52,482 bases of DNA from an uncultured bacterium (GTDB lineage: Bacteria; Patescibacteriota; Minisyncoccia; Moranbacterales; GWC2-37-73). This document shows positions 20,053 through 29,380 of the stretch, piece by piece. Made by a program: the position numbers and the translations under genes. The stretch spans positions 1 to 52,482 of the forward strand of contig CAILTR010000092.1 in assembly GCA_903837175.1 (NCBI GenBank), written 5' to 3'. The notes below the pieces were generated by a model that ran no database searches, was not told where the DNA came from, and worked only from the letters and a program-made list of their open reading frames with translations. The stretch's first letter is position 1, and each line of letters opens with the position of its first letter.

Positions 20053-20478
20053 ATGAAAAAATTCTTTCTTGCAACTACTTTGACTTTTGGTTTAAATTTC
20101 GTTTGGGAAGTTGCCCAGTCTTTTTTGTATGCTCCGCATTATCAGGGTCTTGGGCAATTAATTAGTGTGCATCTTTGGGCAAGCCTGGGGGACGTCGTGA
20201 TGGTAGCGGTTATTTTAAGCGTAGCCGAAGTTGTTTCAGGGCGGATTTCAAAAAACAAAAATAAAAAGCTTGAGTTATTGAGCATAATTTTTTTCGGTTT
20301 TCTGCTGGCGGTAGCGGTGGAAAAATACGCTTTAGTAAATTCAATGTGGGCCTATAATTCTTTAATGCCCGTACTGCCCTGGCTAAAGGTTGGGCTGACG
20401 CCCGTGCTTCAACTGATGCTGATTCCAATAGTCACTTGGATTTTTTTAAAAAATCAGCTAAAATATAAAAGTAATTAA
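20053..20478 (+). CDS. Hypothetical membrane protein
   Basis: LNFVWEVAQ..LY, WAY..LMP, GLTPVLQ; about 4 TM. Confidence 0.75.
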   Translation: MKKFFLATTLTFGLNFVWEVAQSFLYAPHYQGLGQLISVHLWASLGDVVMVAVILSVAEVVSGRISKNKNKKLELLSIIFFGFLLAVAVEKYALVNSMWAYNSLMPVLPWLKVGLTPVLQLMLIPIVTWIFLKNQLKYKSN

Positions 20479-20491
20479 AATTAAAAAACCT

Positions 20492-20857
20492 ATGCTTAAG
20501 AAAAAAACAAAGAAAAAAAGTACGGTTAAATTAGCGAAGAAAAATGAAAAGGTAGCTAAGCTAAATCTGAAAAAAATAATTTATGTTATTTTAACGATCT
20601 TTCTTGGAAAAATGCTGGCCTTTATTGTTTTCGAAATAATCTCATTGAACTTCGTTAGCGCGTTAGTTAGCGCTGACTTGCCAGTGGAATATAACCATAT
20701 ATTTGGTTTAGTTTATAGTCCGCTTTCGCCTTATCTTTTCTGGATTTTTATTGCCCTCGGTGCGGTTAGCGGTTTTTTTGTGGGACTGGCTTGGTGGCGG
20801 ATTATTTATATCGAGCATCGTCATTGGCGAAATAAAAAAGTTTCGCTTAAAAAATAG
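20492..20857 (+). CDS. Hypothetical membrane protein
   Basis: Two TM helices, WWRIIYIE C-terminus. Confidence 0.7.
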   Translation: MLKKKTKKKSTVKLAKKNEKVAKLNLKKIIYVILTIFLGKMLAFIVFEIISLNFVSALVSADLPVEYNHIFGLVYSPLSPYLFWIFIALGAVSGFFVGLAWWRIIYIEHRHWRNKKVSLKK

Positions 20858-20909
20858 CGTAGTTGCTTTTTTCTAAGTGGCTGTGGTATAGTTAAAAAAC
20901 AATTGAATA

Positions 20910-21031
20910 ATTTATCCAGAGTGATGGTAGAGCGCTGGCTCGACGACCCATCCGGCAACCGCCTTGAATGACTTTCAAGGAAAGGTGCCCCTTCCAGCTC
21001 GAACGCCTAGGGCTTTCGAGAAAAGATAAAT
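20910..21031 (+). ncRNA. SAM-I (S-box) riboswitch aptamer
   Basis: P1 tttatc/gataaa, atccagag, ggcaacc...aaggtgcc, ttcc, aaagat; upstream of metK; promoter TTGCTT-18-TATAGT at 20863-20892. Confidence 0.9.
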
Positions 21032-21038
21032 GGTCGAC

Positions 21039-21068
21039 TATCTCTTTTCTCGTAAAAGGGATTTTTTG
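21039..21068 (+). terminator. Riboswitch expression-platform terminator
   Basis: atctctttt-ctcgt-aaaagggat followed by T-run. Confidence 0.75.
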
Positions 21069-21075
21069 TTTGTTT

Positions 21076-21365
21076 TGTCTTCGCGATCATTTCTGTACTC
21101 GGAAATGCGTGGCGATCCAGAGCAGTGCAATATAGTTTTTAGAAACTAAGTCAGAAATTTTTACTTCGCTTGTTTACTTTTTAGGACACGCTCTTGGTCG
21201 GGAACTATAACCAATCGCTCAGAATTCGCTGTCGCTCATAATGGTCTAAAAAGTAAACAAGCTTGTAAAAATTCAGAGATAATTTTTTAGTTAGAGACGC
21301 TAAATGGGCGTATAACTCAGCAACACCCTGGATTGCTTCTCCGCCCAGGGCGGATCGCAATGACA
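21076..21365. mobile_element. REP-like palindromic element interrupted by a degenerate 200-bp MITE-like copy (about 21125-21318)
   Basis: Outer arms tgtcttcgcgatc/gatcgcaatgaca and gcgatccag/ctggattgc; inner part is reverse-complement homolog of 28092-28289. Confidence 0.7.
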
Positions 21366-21453
21366 CACAAAAAATAAAAAAGTAAGAGCGTTTAAAAGAT
21401 AAATAAGTGTAAGCAAGAAAATAATTAAAATAATTTTTTAAAAATATAAACAT

Positions 21454-22497
21454 ATGTATAAACCAAAAACCTACACCGTCGAAAGCGTCACCTCGGGTCA
21501 TCCGGATAAAGTTTGCGATCAAATTTCGGATGCCATTTTGGATGAGTGTTTAAGGCAGGATCCAGCCAGTCGAGTAGCAGTTGAAACTTTCGGTGGCCAC
21601 GGCACTTTGCTAATCGGCGGGGAAGTGACGACGAAAGCGCAAGTTGATTTTGAAAAAATTGCTCGCAGGGTTTATCGAGAAATTGGTTACGACCAAGCCT
21701 TAGAAGTTTTAGTTAAAATCGTTCAGCAGTCACCAGAAATCGCCCAAGGCGTTGATACTGGTGGCGCGGGTGACCAAGGCATTATGTATGGCTACGCTAC
21801 TGACGAAACGAAAGAGTTTATGCCAGCGGCGGTCGTCAAGGTGCACGCCCTCGCAAAAAAGTTAGAGGAGCTTCGCAAAAACGACCCAGCTTTTGCTTGG
21901 CTGCGGCCGGATGGCAAAACGCAAATCAGCGTCCACAATGGCAAAATTTCTGCCGTCTTAGTTAGTTGCCAACACAGCGAGGAAGTCGGCAATGAGCAAA
22001 TTCGGAGGCAAATTATTGACGGCGTCATCAAGCCAATTATTGGAGACATTTCCGACATCGAAATTTTTATTAACCCGACTGGAAAATTTGCCCAAGGTGG
22101 TTTCGAAGCTGATACAGGGCTGACAGGGCGTAAAATCATGGTTGATACTTATTGCGGACTCGTTCCCCACGGCGGGGGAGCATTTTCTGGCAAGGATGCG
22201 ACCAAGGTTGACCGCAGTGCCGCCTATATGGCCCGCTACGTCGCCAAACAACTGGTTGCCAGAGGACTAGCTAAAGAATGTTTAGTTTCAGTAGCTTACG
22301 CGATTGGTAAAGCCGAACCGCTCATGGTTGAAGCTATCAATGAGAAAGGTGAGAGCTTGGCAGAAATTGTTAAAAAAGAATTTGATTTTCGCCCCCAAGC
22401 CATCATCAAAACCCTTGATCTACGCAAGCCAATTTTCCAAGCTACCGCCACCTATGGACATTTTGGCAAAGAAGGTTTGCCCTGGGAAAAAATCTAA
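21454..22497 (+). CDS. metK: S-adenosylmethionine synthetase
   Basis: ESVTSGHPDKVCDQISD, GAGDQG, GLTGRKI, GGGAFSGKD..KVDRS, YGHFG. Confidence 0.98.
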   Translation: MYKPKTYTVESVTSGHPDKVCDQISDAILDECLRQDPASRVAVETFGGHGTLLIGGEVTTKAQVDFEKIARRVYREIGYDQALEVLVKIVQQSPEIAQGVDTGGAGDQGIMYGYATDETKEFMPAAVVKVHALAKKLEELRKNDPAFAWLRPDGKTQISVHNGKISAVLVSCQHSEEVGNEQIRRQIIDGVIKPIIGDISDIEIFINPTGKFAQGGFEADTGLTGRKIMVDTYCGLVPHGGGAFSGKDATKVDRSAAYMARYVAKQLVARGLAKECLVSVAYAIGKAEPLMVEAINEKGESLAEIVKKEFDFRPQAIIKTLDLRKPIFQATATYGHFGKEGLPWEKI

Positions 22498-22519
22498 AAG
22501 CAAAAAAATATTTTCAAAC

Positions 22520-22553
22520 CAAGAAAAAGAGTTGACACCAGCTCTTTTTCTTG
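22520..22553 (+). terminator. Terminator after metK
   Basis: caagaaaaagagttg-acac-cagctctttttcttg. Confidence 0.7.
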
Positions 22554-22616
22554 CTTTTATGAGGGTAATCTCAATTTTGAGATGTCTGCTTTTTTAATAA
22601 TTTAAATGTTTCAGCC

Positions 22617-23183
22617 ATGCTTGACGTTTTCAAAATAACCGGCGCCCTGCTCGATGGCCATTTCAGGCTGACCTCCGGTCGCCACAGCAATGCCTACTTT
22701 CAGTGCGCAAAGGTACTGCAGCACCCGGAACACCTGACGGCGGTATGCAGCAAAATTGCAGAGCATTTTACCGGCAAGGGAGTCGAAACGGTCATCTCTC
22801 CGGCCATTGGCGGGATCGTTGTCGGAACAGAGGTTGGACGGCAGCTCGGTGTCAAAACCATCTTTGCTGAACGCAAGGAGGACGTCATGACCATCCGGCG
22901 CGGCTTCACGCTGGAACCCGATGAACGGGTACTGGTTATCGAGGACGTCATCACCACCGGTGGATCGGTAGCCGAAGTGATTGATCTCATCAAGAGCGCA
23001 GGAGCATCACTTGTCGGGGTCGGCTCGGTTGTTGACCGCAGCAACGGGCGCGTGAAGCTTGCTGACGACCATTTTTCAGTCCTTTCGATGGAGGTGATAA
23101 GCTATACTCCTGAAGAGTGCCCTCTCTGCAAGGAGGGATTGCCAATTGACACTCCCGGAAGCCGGGCAAATTCGCAGAGCTGA
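22617..23183 (+). CDS. pyrE: Orotate phosphoribosyltransferase (GC-rich, recently acquired)
   Basis: [28 protein letters not shown] motif, CPLC..PGSR. Confidence 0.95.
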   Translation: MLDVFKITGALLDGHFRLTSGRHSNAYFQCAKVLQHPEHLTAVCSKIAEHFTGKGVETVISPAIGGIVVGTEVGRQLGVKTIFAERKEDVMTIRRGFTLEPDERVLVIEDVITTGGSVAEVIDLIKSAGASLVGVGSVVDRSNGRVKLADDHFSVLSMEVISYTPEECPLCKEGLPIDTPGSRANSQS

Positions 23184-23335
23184 TTTTTTTTGAGTTGTTT
23201 TTTGTAAGTCGTGGCGTCCTATGTGAACCACGGCTTTTTTTCTTGCATTTTTCTGAGGATTTGCTAAGGTAATAGCGAATTAAAGCAACGTCTTTTATCT
23301 CAATCAATGCTTTTTAAAAACAAGGATGGTTTATT

Positions 23336-24610
23336 ATGACAAGAACGTTTTTGTTTGAAGGAAAAACTAAAAAATTTTTTTCAGATGATGGTTATCCTGG
23401 TTTTGTGGTTATTGAAAATAAGGATGATATCACCAAAAATGATGATCCCACGAAAACCCAAATAATGCCTGGCAAGGGAAAACTTGCAACCGACACAACT
23501 TGCGCCGTGTTTCAATTGCTCAAGGATGCGGGAATACCTGTGGCTTATGAAAAGCGCTTAAGCGACACGGAATTTTTAGTACCCCTGGCTGAGGAGATGA
23601 TTTCTTTAGAGGTGATTGCGCGACGCTTTGCAGCTGGAAGTTTCTTAAAGCGTCATCCTGAACTCATCACGACTAGTGGGGTACCGCATCGTTTTCACCA
23701 GCTAAGGTTTGAATTATTTCTCAAAACTACCAACGGCAGAGTTAACAGAAAGGGACTTGAAGACTTTTACGTAAATGCAGATGATCCATTCATCGCGAAT
23801 CCTTATGAGGATGAATGGAATCTTTTCCATTCAAAGAAACCAAACTGGGAGGTTGATGCAAATTTGAAAGTGCCAATTCGCGCAAACACGATCTTGCCGA
23901 AGGGCGTTACGGTTGCTCAAATTGAAAAACTGACTCGTAAAATTTTCTTAGTGCTTGAGAGTGCTTGGGGTCAATTGGGATTTCATTTTGTCGACTTTAA
24001 ACTGGAGTTCTGTTTCCTTAAGGGTGAACTCATGCTTGCTGATGTTCTTGATGCAGATAGTTGGCGTCTGCGGAATGCTGATTGGACCGGTGAGTTTTCC
24101 AAACAGCTTTTCCGCGATGACCAGCCGATGGAAAAAATCGCAGCAAATTATCAGGCAGTAGCTCGTATGGTGCAATTATTCCGAATTCCAAAACAGGCTA
24201 TTGTGATTTGGCGAGAATCCACGAGGGATCAGTTACCTGATTTTCCTGTGGTGCCGGGGGTAGTTTTTGAGGATATGGTTTTCTCTGCTCAAAAATCTCC
24301 AAAGACATGCATGGAAAAGCTGGAGGGATTACTCACGAAATATCCAGAAGGCGGTGTAATCTTGGGAATAACTAATGGCCCTGGTTTAATTCTTTCTGCC
24401 CGGACAAGCTGGCCTTCTATCAATGTTGTGACAACTGTTGGAACTTTTCCTGATGCTGTTTGGAGTAGTTTATGTGTGCCAGGCGGTGCTCCTAGCATGA
24501 CCATGCTATCACCTGATAATGCTGTTCTCGCGGCATTGGACATGCTTAGTTTAAAAAATCCAGCGGTGTATGCTCTTCGCCAACTAGCCATTGAAAAGCT
24601 GGATGTGTGA
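23336..24610 (+). CDS. purC: PAICS-like fusion: SAICAR synthetase plus degenerate class II PurE domain
   Basis: EGKTK, LEVIARR..AGSF, VDFKLEF, LADV.DADSWRL; C-terminal SAQK, VWSSL..P.G, LSPDNA. Confidence 0.85.
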   Translation: MTRTFLFEGKTKKFFSDDGYPGFVVIENKDDITKNDDPTKTQIMPGKGKLATDTTCAVFQLLKDAGIPVAYEKRLSDTEFLVPLAEEMISLEVIARRFAAGSFLKRHPELITTSGVPHRFHQLRFELFLKTTNGRVNRKGLEDFYVNADDPFIANPYEDEWNLFHSKKPNWEVDANLKVPIRANTILPKGVTVAQIEKLTRKIFLVLESAWGQLGFHFVDFKLEFCFLKGELMLADVLDADSWRLRNADWTGEFSKQLFRDDQPMEKIAANYQAVARMVQLFRIPKQAIVIWRESTRDQLPDFPVVPGVVFEDMVFSAQKSPKTCMEKLEGLLTKYPEGGVILGITNGPGLILSARTSWPSINVVTTVGTFPDAVWSSLCVPGGAPSMTMLSPDNAVLAALDMLSLKNPAVYALRQLAIEKLDV

Positions 24611-24733
24611 AGGTTATTTTCGTTAACTCAGTTAAGGTTGCAACGGTGCGACCTTAACTGAAAAACTTCAAAGTCTAACTTTATTAAAGTTTAGGCTTTT
24701 TTTGATGCTTTTTATTTTAGGATACGGCAGTAG

Positions 24734-24780
24734 TTGACTTTCAACTGTCCCTGAATTATACTTGACTTATCAAGTATAAT
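24734..24780 (+). promoter_or_regulatory. marR promoter with overlapping palindromic operator
   Basis: TTGACT-17-TATACT; ATTATACTTGA-ctta-TCAAGTATAAT at 24755-24780. Confidence 0.75.
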
Positions 24781-24786
24781 TTTAAC

Positions 24787-24935
24787 TTTACCCTGTTAAA
24801 TAATGCTAAATTTTTTAAGAAATTCAGCATTAAAATTCGAATTGTTGTTTTTCGTAATAGAGATAAACATTAATTTTTAAAAAAATAAAATATTGCCTCC
24901 TAGGCCTGGATTCAAATTTTATTTAACAAGGTAAA
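24787..24935. mobile_element. 149-bp MITE-like element in marR leader
   Basis: Terminal inverted repeats tttaccctgttaaataa / ttatttaacaaggtaaa (16/17). Confidence 0.55.
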
Positions 24936-25360
24936 TGCAAAAAATCAACCAGTCGGTAAATTTTATTTTGGAGCTAGCTAAAACTCAGGCGATGCTGAGT
25001 CGGCGTTTTGATAGTGGCTTGGGCGGCTTGGGCTTGAGCGAATTTATTATTTTGTATTGGCTTAGCGTGGCCAAGGGCGAAAAAATGCGGAGAATTGATT
25101 TGGCTGATAAAGTCGGACTAACCGCCTCAGGGATTACGAGACTCCTGCTACCAATGGAAAAAATTGGCTTGGTCAAAAGTGGGAAGAGGGAAGCTGACGC
25201 GCGGGCGCGCTACGTAATGATCGCAGCTGGCGGGAAGCGGAAACTCGAAGAGGCGCTTGAGCGAATGGAACTTTTATTAAAAGAAATTATCCCAACCGGA
25301 AAAAAAGAAAAAATTCAGGAATTTTCTAAATTACTCGACCAGCTACAAGCTCAAATTTAG
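24935..25360 (+). CDS. MarR-family transcriptional regulator
   Basis: DLADKVGLTASGITRLL..MEKIGLV and DAR winged-HTH pattern. Confidence 0.88.
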   Translation: MQKINQSVNFILELAKTQAMLSRRFDSGLGGLGLSEFIILYWLSVAKGEKMRRIDLADKVGLTASGITRLLLPMEKIGLVKSGKREADARARYVMIAAGGKRKLEEALERMELLLKEIIPTGKKEKIQEFSKLLDQLQAQI

Positions 25361-25417
25361 TGTTATAAAAATTTAAGTCATACGCTGTATGCTAGCTTAA
25401 CTTTAACTTAATTAATT

Positions 25418-26434
25418 ATGCCAAAACTAAAAAAAAATAGCAGTAAAAAGCAATGGGATATTATGGGCATCGGCAGTCCCTTGCTTGACGTGGTTATTAA
25501 CATTGAGGAAGAGATGCTGAAAAAACTGAAAATCAAAAAAGGTTCAATGACGCTAATTTCTAAAGAAGAAAGTCAAAAGATTCTTAAAAAATTTTCGCAT
25601 CTTACTCAAACCTTGGCCTTAGGGGGAAGCGCTTCGAATACGATTTTGGGGGCAAGTTTACTTGGTAGCCGCACGGCTTTTTGGGGCGTGGTCGGCAAAG
25701 ATGAATTTGGTAAAACTTACCATGCTGAAATGGAAAAAGAAGGCACGACTGCTCGGCTTGCTTGGCACACAAAGGATCAAACTGGTCACGTGCTAATTTT
25801 AATTACGCCGGATGGGGAAAGGACGATGCTATCTCATCTTGGCGCTTCACTAAACTTTACAAAGAGTCACCTTAATGAAGCTGAAATTGCCAAAAGTAAA
25901 ATCCTGCACATTGAGGCTTACCAGTTAGCAAGACAAGCCTTGCGCAAAACGGTTTTGCACGCTGTTGAAATCGCTAGTGAAAATGGGGCTTTAATTTCAC
26001 TGGATCTTTCGAGCGCCGTTTTAATTAATCAAAATAAAAAACTTTTTAGAAAAATAGTCAGAGAGCACATTGATATTGTTTTTGCTAATGAAGAAGAAGC
26101 GGTTGAATTTTCTGGTGAAAAAGATTCTTTGCAGGCGCTACATAAAATTGCTGAAAGCTGCCAGGTGGCCATAGTAAAGCTTGGCGGAAAGGGGAGCTTG
26201 ATTAAAAAAGGCGGAAAAGTTTTCAAAATTGCGCCACACCGGGTGAAAATGGTTAACACTAATGGCGCCGGGGATATGTACGCGGCTGGGATTTTACACG
26301 GTCTAGTTAATAAGTTAGACTTACAAGAGGCTGGAAAAATGGCTAGTCACGTTTCGGCCCTAGTAGTTGCTAGCGCTAGTGCGCGTTTGGATAAGAAGCA
26401 TTTTGGAAAAATAAGAAAATATAGGAAAAGGTAA
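25418..26434 (+). CDS. PfkB-family carbohydrate/nucleoside kinase (adenosine kinase-like)
   Basis: GGSASNT, ITPDGERTM, VFANEEE, NTNGAGDMYAAG; adjacent to ahcY. Confidence 0.88.
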   Translation: MPKLKKNSSKKQWDIMGIGSPLLDVVINIEEEMLKKLKIKKGSMTLISKEESQKILKKFSHLTQTLALGGSASNTILGASLLGSRTAFWGVVGKDEFGKTYHAEMEKEGTTARLAWHTKDQTGHVLILITPDGERTMLSHLGASLNFTKSHLNEAEIAKSKILHIEAYQLARQALRKTVLHAVEIASENGALISLDLSSAVLINQNKKLFRKIVREHIDIVFANEEEAVEFSGEKDSLQALHKIAESCQVAIVKLGGKGSLIKKGGKVFKIAPHRVKMVNTNGAGDMYAAGILHGLVNKLDLQEAGKMASHVSALVVASASARLDKKHFGKIRKYRKR

Positions 26435-26619
26435 CTGATGTTTTAGGGTATTTATTGAAAATAATTTTAGATTAGAAATAAGGAACGGGGGATATTGGAA
26501 ATAAGATTAAGAAAAAAGAAAAAAGAAAAAGGATTTCCAATTTCTTTTCCTATTTCCGTAGACCTTTGTTACCTATTTCCAGGATAAGGTAGATAATTTC
26601 TTAAAGAAAGTTTAAATAT

Positions 26620-28029
26620 ATGCAAACTCAAGATTACAAAATCAAAGACATTAAGTTAGCCGAATATGGGCGCAAGGAAATTATTATTGCGGAAAAAGAA
26701 ATGCCAGGGCTGATGGCGCTACGTAAAAAGTTCAGTAAGCAAAAGCCCTTGAAAGGTGCGCGAATTTTAGGGAGTTTGCATATGACTATTCAAACGGCGG
26801 TTTTAATTGAAACGCTGGTTGCGCTTGGCGCGAAGGTGCGCTGGGTTAGTTGCAATATTTTTTCGACCCAGGATCATGCGGCTGCGGCGATTGCGAAAGC
26901 TGGCGTGCCAGTTTTTGCTTGGAAAGGTGAAACCCTGGAGCAGTACTGGTGGTGCACTGAGCAAGCTTTTAAATTCGAAGGTGGGCTGGGACCAAATTTA
27001 ATTGTTGATGATGGGAGCGACGCGACGCTGATGCTCCATCTGGGCGTTGAGCTTGAAAAGGATCCAAAAATTTTAAAGCAAAGTTTGGCTGGCAAAGGTG
27101 AGGATGAAAGAGAACTCTTGAAAATTTTAGCCAGGATTTATCGGGAGCAGTCGAAATTTTGGAGTAAAATCATTAAAGATCTAAAAGGGGTTTCGGAAGA
27201 AACCACCACCGGTGTGCATCGGCTTTACCAAATGTTTGAGCAGGGTAGGTTGCTTTTTCCCGCAATTAACGTGAACGACTCCGTGACCAAGAGCAAGTTC
27301 GATAATTTATATGGTTGTCGCGAAAGTTTAGCCGATGGCATTAAGCGGGGGACAGATGTGATGGTGGCTGGAAAAGTCGTGGTAGTTTGCGGTTATGGCG
27401 ACGTTGGGAAAGGTTGCGCCCAAAGTATGAAAGGGCTTGGCGCTCGCGTGATTGTGACTGAAGTTGATCCGATCTGCGCTTTGCAGGCAACGATGGAAGG
27501 GTTTGAAGTTAAAACAGTGGAGCAGTCCTTAGCTGAGGCTAATATTTTTGTTACGACCACTGGCAATCGAGACATTATTACGATTGAACATTTAGAAAAA
27601 ATGAAGGACGAAGCTATCGTGTGCAATATTGGGCATTTTGACAACGAAATTCAAGTTGAAAAATTAGAAAAATATAAAGGGATTAAAGAAATTAACATTA
27701 AACCTCAAGTTGATAAATTTATTTTTCCTGACGGGCATGCTATCGTCCTGCTTTCGCGCGGGCGCCTAGTCAATCTTGGTAACGCGACTGGGCATCCTAG
27801 TTTCGTCATGAGTGCGTCTTTCACTAACCAGGTTCTGGCTCAGTTAGAGCTTTGGCAAAAAAAACATGCAATCGGAGTTTATACTTTGCCGAAAAAATTA
27901 GATGAAGAGGTAGCGCGCTTGCATTTAGAAAAACTTGGCGTGACGCTTACCAGGCTTACGAAAAAACAAGCCCAGTATATTAACGTGCCAGTTGAAGGCC
28001 CTTTCAAACAGGAGCGGTATCGGTACTAA
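26620..28029 (+). CDS. ahcY: Adenosylhomocysteinase
   Basis: [49 protein letters not shown]. Confidence 0.98.
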   Translation: MQTQDYKIKDIKLAEYGRKEIIIAEKEMPGLMALRKKFSKQKPLKGARILGSLHMTIQTAVLIETLVALGAKVRWVSCNIFSTQDHAAAAIAKAGVPVFAWKGETLEQYWWCTEQAFKFEGGLGPNLIVDDGSDATLMLHLGVELEKDPKILKQSLAGKGEDERELLKILARIYREQSKFWSKIIKDLKGVSEETTTGVHRLYQMFEQGRLLFPAINVNDSVTKSKFDNLYGCRESLADGIKRGTDVMVAGKVVVVCGYGDVGKGCAQSMKGLGARVIVTEVDPICALQATMEGFEVKTVEQSLAEANIFVTTTGNRDIITIEHLEKMKDEAIVCNIGHFDNEIQVEKLEKYKGIKEINIKPQVDKFIFPDGHAIVLLSRGRLVNLGNATGHPSFVMSASFTNQVLAQLELWQKKHAIGVYTLPKKLDEEVARLHLEKLGVTLTRLTKKQAQYINVPVEGPFKQERYRY

Positions 28030-28040
28030 ATAAACCTCGA

Positions 28041-28076
28041 AAGAAAAAATCCACTTCGGTGGATTTTTTCTTTTTT
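28041..28076 (+). terminator. Terminator after ahcY
   Basis: aagaaaaaatccac-ttcg-gtggattttttctt. Confidence 0.85.
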
Positions 28077-28091
28077 GCTCACGCTAAAATG

Positions 28092-28289
28092 GGGTCATGC
28101 GCAATATAAGGTTCTAGTAAAGCGTTACCTCTAAATTTTTGCGAGCTTGTTTGCTCTTTAGGCAATATGAGCGACAGCGAATCTTAGCCCTTGGCCATTA
28201 TTTTCAGCCAAGGAGTGGCTCTGAAAAGTAAACAAGCGAAGTAAAAATTACTAACTTAGTTTCTGGGAACCCTAATTTGCGTATGACCC
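28092..28289. mobile_element. 198-bp MITE-like element
   Basis: TIR gggtcatgcgcaa / ttgcgtatgaccc (12/13); flanks ctaaaatg / ataaaatg (7/8, TSD-like); second copy near 21.2 kb. Confidence 0.75.
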
Positions 28290-28445
28290 ATAAAATGCTT
28301 TATTTGAGCCAAGAAGTGCCTAAAATGTGGATAAAGTGTTTGACTTGGCCGGATTTTGCTGATAGCCTTAAATCTGCGTCTTTGGAATGCAAAAGCTGAG
28401 CTTTGCAACAAACCCTAAAGACCATTAATTTGTTAAAAATACGCT

Positions 28446-29183
28446 ATGAGTGATCCCTTGCTTTATAGGGGGAAAAAATTGTTGAGATTTTTAAAAAATC
28501 GAAAGCAACGTTTGTTAGGTTGCGTTAGAAAAAATAAATTAATTTTTTTGATGCTTAGTCTAACTAGTGTCGTGTTGGTGGGGAAGGTCCTAATTTTAAA
28601 AACTACGCCTGAGGCCTACGCGGCTATCGGGGAGGAGGCGATTATTAGGCAGTTAAATTCGCCACTACTCGAAAAGAAAAATTTGTTTGGAGCTGGGGAC
28701 TGTAAAAAGCTAACTTTTGATAAGAAAGTAGTTTTTGGAGAAATTACTAAGGCCCAAACAACGGAAATGGAAAGTAAGCTTTTTAATATCGTCGGGGATA
28801 CTCCGATTGCTGAAATGGTGCCCTTCATCGCTAGGCGCGAGAGTAAAGTGGCCGCTTTCTTAGTCGGGATTGCTAAAAAGGAAAGTAGCTTCGGGCTAGC
28901 TTCACCTTCAAAGGGCGGTAGTACCTGTTATAATTACTGGGGCTATAAAGGCACTGGCTCAAGAGGCACCGCCCTAGGCTACAGCTGTTTCGGGAGCGCC
29001 CAAGAGGCAATTCAGATCGTAGGAGACCGCATTGAGGTTTTAGTCGCTAAGGAGCGTAATACGCCAGCCAGGATGGTAGACACCTGGAAATGTGGCCGAA
29101 GTTGCGTGGGTGATCCTGGCGCCCCAAGCTGGGTTTCAACTGTTGGGCTTTACTTTAATAGGATCGTCAGGGTTGAAGGATAG
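28446..29183 (+). CDS. Membrane-anchored lysozyme/glucosaminidase-like putative cell-wall hydrolase
   Basis: TM segment; IAKKESSFG and YNYWG motifs typical of lysozyme-fold enzymes. Confidence 0.55.
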   Translation: MSDPLLYRGKKLLRFLKNRKQRLLGCVRKNKLIFLMLSLTSVVLVGKVLILKTTPEAYAAIGEEAIIRQLNSPLLEKKNLFGAGDCKKLTFDKKVVFGEITKAQTTEMESKLFNIVGDTPIAEMVPFIARRESKVAAFLVGIAKKESSFGLASPSKGGSTCYNYWGYKGTGSRGTALGYSCFGSAQEAIQIVGDRIEVLVAKERNTPARMVDTWKCGRSCVGDPGAPSWVSTVGLYFNRIVRVEG

Positions 29184-29252
29184 AATTAGTTATAAAGTTG
29201 AAAAGTTTATAAAGTTTATAAAGTTTATAACGTTCATAAAGTGAATTGGAAT

Positions 29253-29283
29253 AAAAAAAATCCGCCGAGGGGCGGATTTTTTT
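29253..29283. terminator. Bidirectional terminator
   Basis: aaaaaaatccgcc-gagg-ggcggattttttt. Confidence 0.85.
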
Positions 29284-29323
29284 GTTGCTTCAAGTTATGT
29301 TTTCGTAGATTCGTATTAATTCG

Positions 29324-29364
29324 CCCGCCTGCAACGCTATGCTAAGCGTAGCATTGCGGGCAGG
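29324..29364. repeat. 41-bp imperfect palindromic element
   Basis: cccgcctgcaacgctatgct-a-agcgtagcattgcgggcagg. Confidence 0.7.
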
Positions 29365-29380
29365 TAGTTTCGTATCGGTT

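Noticed and set aside
21205-21522. 105-aa minus-strand ORF
   Set aside because: Runs through nested repeat elements and antisense to the metK start
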